Shown: positions 13,086-24,365 of the stretch, piece after piece
Numbering within the stretch: the stretch's first letter is position 1
Layout of the letters: each line of letters starts with the position of its first letter
Source of the DNA: Lama glama
Lineage: Eukaryota
Reading direction: 5' to 3'
DNA length: 64,000 nt
Assembly (NCBI GenBank): GCA_028534125.1
Contig: CM052816.1
Location: 46,564,001 to 46,628,000 of the forward strand
The notes under the pieces: model-generated
Told to the model about the DNA's origin: nothing
What the model saw: the letters and a program-made list of their open reading frames with translations, nothing else
Databases searched by the model: none
Made by a program: the position numbers and the translations under genes

Positions 13086-13938
13086 TCTCCATGATTCCGC
13101 AAGGATTACACACCTGAAGAACTTTTCAGTACCTTTTGATTATTACCTTAATGACAACCCTTCTTTTATTATGGCTTGTGTGGGAGGTTGCACCTCACAC
13201 AATGTTTTGCCCAAACCTGAACAAGTCTGACCCAACTGTGGCTACTGTTGTCATTGTTACTGTCATTTACCTCCACAGCATTTACCAGTGTGTTGCACAC
13301 AGGAGACACGAAATTAATACAATTTGTCTGATTTTAGAAAAATCAATTATTCCCCCAAAATAGCTATTTTACTACTTCATCCCTTGTTTTGATGTTCAAT
13401 TGCTGCTTAATTGTGTTTCATTATGCTTTTTAATTTATAGTTGGTGTTAATAAATAATAACTGAAGTGGATCTAATTTTCCTTCTGAGAAAGTTCACTTG
13501 ATACCTGCACTCCCTGATGGTTTCTAACAATCCACATCCAACTCTCGTGAGGAATGTAAAACATATCATGAAAATGTTCACTCTCATTTAAGTGACACAT
13601 ATCAAAAGGCCTTTGACATTATATTTTAATTTTTTAAGTAATTCCTTTTTCTTTCTTTTGAGATTTTACTAGAAGAATATTTACACAGTATCCTTGGCAC
13701 AAACATTTTAGCAGGTTAACAGCCAGGTAGCTGTATAAAATCATCAGTCAGCTGACTAAGTTTATGAATTTAACTAATCTTTCCCTAACAAATGGACAGC
13801 TTTAACAGTAACTAGAAGAATTTAGAAGCAATTGCACCACTGGGTTGATTCAGGATACATATCCAGCTTTTCCTGACTGTCCAAAGTAAACATTTATTCA
13901 AGGACACTACACTGATCCTCACATGGTGACGTTTAGAG

Positions 13939-14275
13939 CTGTGCTGTCCCGTATGGTAGACACTGGCCATGCAAAGCCACCAAAAACTTGAGATGTGGTT
14001 CTTCTGAACTGGCATGAGCCCATTCTTCTGAATAAGCATAAAACACACCAAATTTCAAAGACTTAGTATAAAGAAAAAAATGCAAAATATCTTGTTTTAC
14101 ACTGGTTACATGTTAAAATGATGATAATCTGGATAGGCTGCATACAGTAAACTATTACAATGAATGTCACCTGTTTGGTTGTTTTTACTTTTTAAAATTT
14201 GACTCCCAGGAAATTTCAAAATACATATGTGGTTAGCATTTGTGGCTTTCTTTGTATCTCTTTTGGGTGGTGCTG
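13939..14275 (-). mobile_element. MER33 hAT-Charlie MITE, full length
   Basis: Termini ctgtgctgtcc...ggtggtgctg, internal 'tttcaaagacttagtat', 8-bp hAT TSD gtttagag (13931-13938) / gtctagag (14276-14283). Confidence 0.9.
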
Positions 14276-17200
14276 GTCTAGAGCTAATGAAGAAGTGCTT
14301 GTCTGCAGAGATAGGACACAGCAACTAAAGGAGAATCATCCCTCCCTTTAATTAGTTCTGTAATAGCAACGGATCCGATGTCAGACATTTAGAAGAGACA
14401 AGACTATTCTCTTCAGTCAAGCAAAACTCCCACTGTGGTTCCTAAGAGTTCTGCCTGAGTGAAATAAATGAGATTAGCCCCATGATGTTTACTTCATACT
14501 AAAACATTTTCTTTTCCGAAACTTTCTTAGTACACTGTTGGCTACCAGGCTGTAGAAAGTGCAGAGCCGAGAAAGGAGGAAAGAACAATAAAGGCACAAT
14601 TTGAAAGTGTTGTTTTGAAACATGTAACTAGTGCTGTCAGCCGCTGGTTCTTTCCATTTTGTACATTTACATTTCCTGACTGTAGTTTAAGAACATTTCA
14701 CTGCGTGTTACTATCAATCATCCTTAACCTAGAAGTGCACTGTACATTAGTAACAGTTAATTGGCATATTTAAAGTAAATAGCTACTTAGTTTTGTTGTG
14801 AAGGTTTTGCATACAAATCTCTAACACCACACGCTTTGTTTGTTTCAATAACAAATACCCTGTCTGCAACATTGCCACTTCTGTCAGTAGATGAATAGAG
14901 ATGCAATCGCATTGAAACACCCGGCACATGAGACGACAGCCCAAATGCTATGCAGTGTGTAAGCAGGCCCTCCTTGCCTGTCAAAAGATGCCCACACAGA
15001 GGGGAGAGCACAGAGACATGAAAAGGAGAGGCAATGTAGAAGGATGGACCAGAAAGAAAAAGGGAAAAATAAAACAGAAATTATAACTCCGCCTGTACCT
15101 TTTCTATGCATTAAAGAGCTGAATGGGAGATTATTTAGTGGACATTGTCCTGGCCTCTGCCATTTGTTCAATATCAGGTTCACACTCAGCAAGCTTCCCA
15201 AAGCCCAAGAAGAGATACCACTCCATCGCCCGTTTCCCCTCAGAGCCCAGGAGCAAGTGGAATTATACTTCCTCCTTGGGCAGTAGGGCTAAAACGGGAA
15301 TGGGTTAGGTATTTGATAAAAGAAGATAAAACGCTATTAACTTCTTTAAAACTGTGAAGCCAATATAACTATAATACACACCTTAAAAACAAACAAGCCT
15401 ACATTACATTTTGGATGAATTCCTATGTCTCCTAGACCTAGAGAAATGAATCTTCACCTGAGTCCCAACATTTCCTTTGCTACCTGCACCAGTAAGTCAA
15501 AAGAGATCATCTCCTGGTAGTTATATGTGTATGGGTGTATGTTTGTGTAGGTACCATGAATTAGATGAAATGTTACCCATTCCTCTAGCCATAACTCTGA
15601 AATAGAATTTCCCTAGAAGAAACAGTAAAAATGGTTGTCTATATGGATCATTATCATGGTCTATAAAAACCCTATAAACTTATAAAAAGTTTTAAATAAA
15701 CTAACAATATCAATAATAGTACAATTAGAAATCATAGTGATACTATTGTTAGCACTAATAACATTATTTCAACTCTATGAAAAGCTTAAAGAAGAAAAAC
15801 AGAAAAGTTTTTATGAAAACAACCTGGAGAGAGTTAACCACTGCTCATTTCTAATATTATTTCTTTGACGAAATTCAAATCTGAGATATCAAAAAATATT
15901 TTACTTAGAACATCACTTAGATACATCATCATTAAGCAGGCTTTGCTACTTTGATTATAGGCCAACCTAGCTATGATATTTTTCAGTGCTTGGAAATGCC
16001 AACACGTCCTACAAAGGTCAGAGTGGTCTGAGCACACATCCTCATCCACTGCCATAAACTGTATCCACCCTGTAAGGGAAAAGGAGGAATGTTGCAAATA
16101 GTTTTATCTCAAACAGAAAATGTGAAGGGGAACCCTCTCTTTCTCAGTAAAACTATCAGGAAGAATTTCCCATCTGTTCAAAGTATCTAATATTGAACTC
16201 TTCAGTTGAGGTCCACAGTCTTTCATGGTTCACTGTAAATTTCTAAATAGATGTTTTGCCATCACTAACTCAAAACTAAAACGCTAGACTCCCCGTGTTC
16301 TCAAGGATCTCCTTCTAGTGAAGCTTTTCTATGTCTATCAGTAACAACACCATGCAGACTGATACTGGGGCACCATGCGCCTCCTTGTCCCATAGCCTGT
16401 TCCACTCAGGACTTCATCCTATTCCTTCTCATGGATGGTAATTCCAAGATGTTTTCTTTTCTTTCCACAACTACCACTAAAGCTCCTGAGTAATGGTTAA
16501 TGCAGAACAAGATGACCAGTATAACCTCCTCATTGTGGGTGGATCCATTGTCCCTACCTTGATCCATCTCATATAAAATGATGAAATTATGGACCTCAAA
16601 ATGGGGCTTCACTAACTGTCTGCTGTAGTGAACAGTTTTTATTTCCTCCAATCCGTCATGGATCATGGACTGAAACTTGGGTAAACTGAAACAAAATGAA
16701 TTTCTAGAAAAGTGATCACCTGCTTGGATGTCATAGTGATGTCAAACTGCTGTCAAGGTTTCTAAATGCTGACTCTCAGTTTCTCTCTTGTCATAGACCT
16801 TTATCACTGCTCATCAGAGTTGGTCTTCAGACAATACTCTGAGGAGCACCAATGAGCCACTTCTATTAAATCGCCATTATTTTCTAGGCTGAGCATTTAT
16901 ATCATCCCAGTCCAAGCACCAAAAGTAAATATAAAACTAAATTATCTGTTCAGATGAGTTGCAGCTAGAAAAGACCTGAAAAGTTATTTTCTTTCCCATT
17001 AAATAATCTCTGATCATAAAGCCCTTTAGAATTCTATAGATGTCAGATAAAATCTAAAGATAATCAAAGATTAAAGATCAAATGAAATAATCAAAGATCT
17101 TATGGCGAAGAGGTAAGAATACCATGACTAAAGTATGAGAGAGCAGGAGGATACCTGAAAATACTGTGGCCACAAAAGTCATAGGAAGCAGCAGAGAAAT

Positions 17201-19689
17201 AACAACAACAACAAACCATCCAAGCTTATTTTAAATATATTTAAGAATGTTCTGCAAAGGGGCTATACAAACTATACCCAAAATCTCATCACCAAGATGG
17301 TCAAATCCAGAACTGCAAGGCAACATAAAAAACAAAACAAAACATTATTAAATAATAAGTTCTTCTGTAAACTATTCCCTTATAGCTAGTAAGTTTTTGA
17401 AAAGTCATCAAACTTTATTTTGTGCTATATAAACAAAATATCCAGATGAATTCCTGAAATTTCAACCATTGCCTGATATCAATATGTTGCAGAGACACAA
17501 GGAGACACCTCAGGAGATGCTCGCCTTCCAGCTGTGCCCGGCATGCCATTTGTTTTACGGAATAAAATCCAGCGATAGCAGCACCCTCTCCCTAGGCTCA
17601 AAGACTCATAATAATCCCCTTCCTTCTGGGCTCCATTGCTTGAGCCAGATTACTTTTCATACTGTTTCTTCATATACTTTGCAACACGATCACATCGCAT
17701 TTTTCTTCAAAACTCTGGCAGATTGTTTGGGCTAGAGATAGATGGAGACAAGAGGCACCATCTGGTGCAAGATCTTTATTCCTTGTTAGCACTACAGGAG
17801 TTCTGGTATTTTACATGGTGCAGGCAGCAGCTTTTTTTTTTTTTTTATGCATACATGGAGAAGGTGTAAGATGGTCAAAGGACCCTGGCATTATCTGAAA
17901 CCATCACTGGCTTCCTTGGTGTAGAGTTAGGTTTTTTGTTTTTGTTGCTGGGCTTTTTTTTTCTTTTTCTTTTTTCTTTTTTTCAGTTCAGACAACCAGT
18001 GGCATATGGTTTCATGATTCACAAAGATGGTCCTTGACTATAGATTTGACGATCTCAACATAACTTCCAGGCTTGCCAGAGCTGTGTTACAGCAGAGAGA
18101 GCAAATAGCTCATGATATTTCTCCTCTGATGAGTAAGCTCCAAGATCGCAGGTTTAAATTTGATCTGGGATTGAAAGAAACAGAGCTATGTCCTGCCGTG
18201 CTTGCATATATGCTTTTCTTTATCAGAGGTGAGCGTCTATTTCTCCATCATTGACCCACGGCTTCAGGGACCGAAAGCTCAAATAATAGCCAGGTGAATC
18301 ATGTTGACTCAGATTGAAGACACACTTTTGCTCTTTTCCATACCTTTCTATTCTTCGGAATTTCAAGTGCTTCCTGAAATTTACCCATTGTCCTAAAAAT
18401 CTGGTGACTGTTTAATAAAAAAAAAAATTTTTCACCTTTCACACACAATTAAAGTCAGTATTTTTAATAGAATTAGCTAAGAATTGGGAGCCAGGAGATT
18501 TGACTGATGATGCTAAGCTAACTCACAGCTACCTTGTGTGGATAAGTGAAAAACTGAAGTGGGAAGGTGCACTGGAAACAAACTAAAACACCTGCCAAAA
18601 AAGTGTGGCTTATACAAGTTAATCTTGACCGTAATTTAAGAACTAAGTTAAAGGAAGCTATCACCTGTTGGTCCGTGATTTCAGAAGGCTACTTGGATTT
18701 GCTACTGTTGGAATATATTACCAAAATTCTGAAGTGTCCTTCCAATGAACAGATTAATTTCATCTTAATCTCTGTTAACTGCTCTGCCATCACCCCATAC
18801 ACTCATGGGCCTCATTCCCTCCTCTCCTCTCAGCTACTTCTGGTGCTTTTGTTAATCCCAAATTAAACCCTCACTTCTCTCTCATGCTTCCTCAAGGCTC
18901 ACCTTTTTACACAGTTTTCAGGGTCCACGAATTATGAGTTTTTCTACTGAGTCCTCTGATTGCTTCTCTCTACCATCTACCACTCCCTCACTGAAAGCCT
19001 TCTATTTTTTGATATCATGAAAGGGTGCAGATATCTGTGGGGATGACTTGAAACAAAGGAGGAAAAGAAGAAATAACAGAACATGTCTTAGAAGAAGAGG
19101 GTGCTATGTTGAAGGAAGTAGATGTCAATTCGACAGCAGATGGTGTAGATCAACTCAGTATTAATATGGTCAACTTGTTGCACTTGCCACATGGTTGCAA
19201 TTGCAAACCATACATATGAAACTCACAAGTCCAACAAGCTTTGCAGGTGGTTATTCACTGATGCTCTGTAGTCAAGAGCTATGCCACAATCAATTCTTTA
19301 TATATTTGTCCAAGAGGCAGAGCACCTCACAATGTTTAGGTCATTCTTCTTAAAAGCTAATGATCTATAAGCAGTCTTATTTTCATGTTAACAGTAAACA
19401 ATCTCCTTCAAAGTTCAAAGGAGAGATACACACATACTCCTCACACCCTTCAGTTTCAATTTTAACAATAGACACTGCTTCTTCTTGGCTAGATGCCCAA
19501 AAAGCAAAAGTGAATGTACACCACTCTGTCTTGACAAAGTAGGAGATGGCAGTCTCCCTGTGGCAGCTTAGCCCAGGGAGTGAGTGACCAACATCAGTGT
19601 GCTTTACATTGTAATAACTTTTGAAATCCTGGCCTGGGAGATAAATCTGAAGCAAGGGACAAATTTCATCTCCAAGTTGCTGTCAATAA

Positions 19690-20270
19690 ATAGATCATCC
19701 CCAAATCTCCAATGGCTCCCAAGTGACTATAAAATAAAGGCCATGCTTATCAAATTGACATTTAGAGCTCTCCACAATCTGATAGCAACCTATCTCTCCA
19801 ACATTTAAACTGTCATTTTCATTCACTAGCCCTCAGTTCCCTGAAGAAAAATCTATTCACCGTTACTTAAAAACATTCTATGGATTCCAAGTTCTACGAT
19901 TTTGTTTATACATAGCCCTTTTGAGACGGCCACCTCCTTACTTCTCAGTTTACCTAAACAACAGCCTCCCTTTAGATCTATTCCAAAGACTCACAATATC
20001 GTTTCTTCATATCGTTTCTCCCCAGTTGCTCCAGACCACGATGATTCCGTTGGTCTTCTCATCTCCTAGAGAACTGATCTCCTGCACGACTCATTAGACT
20101 TCCACTGTGGGCTATCTCTGGTTGCTAGTTAACATTTTTTCCCTGTGTCCTGCCCTCTCCACCAAATTCTGCTGTGCCAACTGCTGGGGTTAAGCCCCGG
20201 AGTGCAAGTTCTTTGAAGACAATCACTCATTTCTATGTGCAACCTTCAAAGAGCTTAGAAAAGGCATTCA
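19690..20270 (+). mobile_element. L2 LINE 3' fragment
   Basis: 'aatctccaatggctcccaagtgactataaaataaagg...ctctccacaatctg...caagttctttgaagacaa'. Confidence 0.65.
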
Positions 20271-20904
20271 TTATATATGCCAACGGATCATTTTATTGAA
20301 TTCCTGCATTTTAAATATAAGTACATAATCAATGTTAAGTGTTCAATTCCAAATTTCTCTAACTGGAGAGACTTATGCCAAACTGAGGCTGGCTTTATAA
20401 AGGCATATTGCTAGGCATTAATGTAAGGCTGAGATAACACCCTGAAATCAAAGTTAGTAAAATACAGATTGAAAGTCTAAGAAATAAAGTAGACATTAAA
20501 ATTTCCTTTAAAAAACTGCAGTAATGTACTCTGGTTTTTAAGATATCTTTTCAGTATAGCTAATAGCCTGACATCAACATAGTGCTACATGAGATTTTTT
20601 TTTAAACAAGAGATCTGTAGGACTGACCCCATCAGGTATTGACAGCAAAAATAGAACATGTAAACACTAGATTGGGTTGAAAATTCTGATACAGGTCTGG
20701 TCTGTATACTCCCAGCTAAGCTCCAAAAGAAGAACTCTTCTCAGTAACCTAGGACAACGGAGCACTCTAAGAGGAATTTGGGAAAGGAAATTAGGGAAGG
20801 TGACAGTGTCTAGAAAAACAAATGCAGTGACAAAGACAAATTTTACACCAGCTGCACTGTGATTATACCCATCTAGGACTGCTGCACAAACTTTTTATGC
20901 CAAA

Positions 20905-21105
20905 ATAACCATTCCACTCAGCCAAACAACGGTAAATTCAGTCAACCAACAAACTGAATTGACTTCACTCAGTTAATTGGCCAATCAGATAAACTGACTG
21001 AATGTTTACAGCCATTGAAAAACTTTGCTCCTAACTTAAAGTGGCCCTAAAATTCAAAGATTATATAGTTGTAAAAAGCATTTTCTAAGCTTAAAGTAGC
21101 ATGCA
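20905..21105. mobile_element. Ancient DNA-element relic with nested inverted repeats (possibly mammalian non-autonomous Helitron-type)
   Basis: Inverted pairs aattcagt/actgaatt and attcagtca/tgactgaat, palindrome attggccaat; family assignment from memory only. Confidence 0.3.
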
Positions 21106-21107
21106 AA

Positions 21108-21320
21108 GTGTGGAGTCACAGACCATCAGCTGTCCACCAAGATGTGTGCTCCTCTCCACTGTGTAACTGTTACTGGAAAGTGACAACTCAACCAGGAACC
21201 CCATTTCCCAAGCCCCTTGCATCTAGGTGAGGCCATCTGACTAGTTCTCATCACAGGAAAAAGAGCCTAAGTGGTATGGGCTATTTGGTGGATGAAATAG
21301 TTAAAAAGCATTCATGACTT
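21108..21320 (+). mobile_element. MLT1-family LTR 5' fragment
   Basis: 'catttcccaagccccttgcatctaggtgaggccatctgactagttctc'. Confidence 0.65.
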
Positions 21321-21426
21321 CACCACAATCCCTCTTTCCCATCTGCCCAGGCTCTGCTCCTTTTTGTGCCTTCACCACTGCTACATTTCAGTCCTTGTGT
21401 TTGGAAGAGATTTGTCATAAGCTAAG

Positions 21427-21772
21427 AGTATTAGTCAGCTCAGGCTGCTATAACAAAAAACAAACAAACAAACAAACAAACAAAAACCAAACCAAACCAA
21501 ACCAACAAACAAAAAAACTCATAGACTGGGAATCCAAGATCAAGGTGCCCACAGATCTCACAGATCTAGCTCTTGGCGAAGGTCTTCTTCCTGGCTTGTA
21601 CAAGGAACCACGTTGCTTACCCTCCTGTGGTGAAGAGAGGAAGGGCTGATATCTCTCCCTCCTGTTATTAGGACAATAATCCCCATGTAATCCTTCCTAA
21701 CACCATCACATTGGGGGTTAGGACTTCAACACATGAATGTTGAGGGGACACAAACATTCACTCCAAAAGAGT
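21427..21772 (-). mobile_element. MLT1A/MST-type MaLR LTR with internal (CAAA)n expansion
   Basis: 'gtattagtcagctcaggctgctataacaaa...tccaagatcaaggtgcc...accatcacattgggggttagg...ggggacacaaacattca'; CAAA-rich repeat about 21454-21517. Confidence 0.85.
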
Positions 21773-24129
21773 AAGATTTCTATTTCCAAGTCCAATATTT
21801 ATTAATTCCTATTTCCCTATTCAAAGCTAATAAGAATTAAAAAGGTTTTTTTGTTTGTTTAAAAAATAAATTATTTAAAACAATTTGCTAAAAAATAAAC
21901 ATTATGTTCTAAACATCATCTTTCAGATCTTCCAAAAGGGGAAAAAAATTTCAATTAAAAATGAACTAGCCAGAGCCTAAGAAATCACTCTATGTTTAAG
22001 CCTGTTGCAATTTTTCCCCCAAAGCACTCACTGGTGAGGCCTCTAGGGTATTACTGTAGCCTAGTGTTAAAGTTACCTGATTCAAACCACGGTCCATCCA
22101 AGAAAGCCCCCTGCACAGCCCTAACTATTACTCAGTGCAAAGAACTACACTGTCTTCCTAACCATCTAATTTAGAATTAACTTAGATGAGTTCTTATTTG
22201 CACCATAGTCTTATGAAGCTGGTAACACAACCCAGAAGCTGGACCAGGGGAAAATATAAAGTAGGGTCCTGTGAATTTCAGAGGAGTGAGACAAACCCTA
22301 AGTGTCCATGAGATCTTGGAAATATAACACACTTAACATAATTATCCTACAATTTCTCTCACTGTTAGCTAGTTAGCATTTACAAAGTTAAATGGAAGTA
22401 GCTTAAGCAAAAATCCCATTATTTACAAAAAATATTTAAGAACTACTTTTCCTTGGTTTGAACTGATGTTCCCATCCCCCCAATCAATTTACACTGTTGT
22501 TTGGGGTTTCCAAATATAATGATGCTTCTGACCATTCTTAATTGCACCATAATGGGTGTTAAGCACAGAAGTGTGTGCAAATAGACTCGACTTTTCTAGT
22601 CTTTGACTGTTCTTTGCCTCTGGCCTCTGTCAGAGAGGCTTGCTAACTGCATCTCAGGGGAGCAATCACAGGGCTCGACTCAGCCTGTGGCTCTGACTAT
22701 TGGGACTTCCTGAAGTCACAACCACTTTGGCGTCCAGAACTGGGGCACGGCATGTCTACTCTTCATAAAGCCAGAGATTGCCAGGGAAGTGTGAAATGTG
22801 AGAGCTGATTAGAGATGCACCTTAAACGGAATCAAGGGAGCCAGTTAGCAATGCAAAATATGAGATAATATAAACATAGCACTCACTGCCAGTTGATCAC
22901 TTATGTGAGCACCACAAAAAACAAAATACAACAGAAAAAAACTGGAGCTGAGCAACAAATACAAGATCTCCCTCAAAGATCATTTTGCATAGAACTTTAA
23001 TTTCACAGGGAAAAATGCACAATAACATGACGTGGAATGGTAGGCCAGAAAAATTTGATATGTCTATTTGTCCTTCTGGAACTTGCTTGATATTAATCAT
23101 TTCTCATGGGTCTAGCCAGTCCTTTTTATACATACACCCTTTTTTTCCTTGCATGTTATTGAGTGGGAGAATTTAAAGTTGGAAGATGCAATTATTTTGG
23201 CTGTACTTCACCTTCTTCTGTGACTACAATAGAACAATTCCATTTTCACTTTCATTTAGAGGCCAAAGTAATTTTAATTCAGGAATTTCTCTTTTAATTA
23301 CTAGTTTTTAAGGAACACAGCATCATGCTTAGCAAAAGGTCCCTTTCTTCCTCAGGATTCTGCTGCAGCCACTCTCCTGTCAGCCTAGGCTTTCAGAGAG
23401 AGGAGAAAAAATCTTCATAAAAGCCTTGGCCTAATTAACAAGAATGAACTAGATTTTATGATGAACAATTTATAGGCAGTTAATAGAGCTCCTACACGGT
23501 AGCCAGGAGCTAGATAATTTATCATAAAAGGAATCTCAGTTACACTCCTAATCCTCATTCTCTTGATACTGCATTCACAATTGCCACTTTTATAAGCTTT
23601 GATTTACTGATAAATGATGCTGCGTTTTATAGAGTCATAATGAAACTTATAAATGCAGTAAATACTTGTATCTCTGCCCATATGCTTCAAAGTCTTTGCC
23701 AAACAATTTACTCTTCAACAATGTTATCTCTAGATAAAAATGCATTTTCAAAGATCTCCTAAGGATTCTTCAAACCAGCACAAATGACAATAAAAATAAT
23801 AGCGAATTGTTTATTAACCATCCTAAATATTTGTTGAAAAGAAACTGATTCATCCCTAAAAGAACAACGCAGCTGTTGTAATGAGTTATGAAATATTTTT
23901 CAAAGTTATGGATAAGTTAAAACAGCAAATATCCAAATGTAATTTTTTAAAGGACAGAATTTAAAGCAGGTGTGACCCAGGAAATCCTATTGTCTCTTCC
24001 CATTTGGTGTTCTTGTTTTAAAGTTACAGCGAAATATAGCACACTGGGTGGGCAGAACTGGGTATTGCCATCACATCGGCTACATCTCATTTATTCATGG
24101 ATCCACAGAGGGCTTCTTGAAATCCTCAA

Positions 24130-24365
24130 ATTGGGTAAGACTTCCTCCAGGAAGGCTCCTCTGACCACCGGTATCCTTTTTACATGGCTTCGTAGCATCC
24201 TATTCTTCTTCCTCCCACAAAAATGAATACAGCTGAGTTGTGACTGCCTGATTCGTGTTCACATCCCCCAGTGACCAGGAGCTCCAGGATAGTAAGGACC
24301 ACCGTATTCTCACTCTGGAGTCAAACACAATGCCTGAGACATCATGTATGTGTGAATGAATGATG
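24130..24365 (+). mobile_element. L2 LINE 3' end
   Basis: 'cttcctccaggaaggctcctctgacc...gagctccaggatagtaaggacc...acacaatgcctg...tgaatgaatga'. Confidence 0.7.

Noticed and set aside
15577..15612. 36-nt minus-strand micro-exon candidate (open frames GNSISELWLEEW / KFYFRVMARGM)
   Set aside because: Weak donor (TGG|gtaaca), too short to assess, and the surroundings look like a decayed L1ME
19055..19220. Protein-looking acidic frame (KEEITEHVLEEEGAMLKEVDVN...)
   Set aside because: Bounded by stops, no splice signals, explained by purine-rich composition
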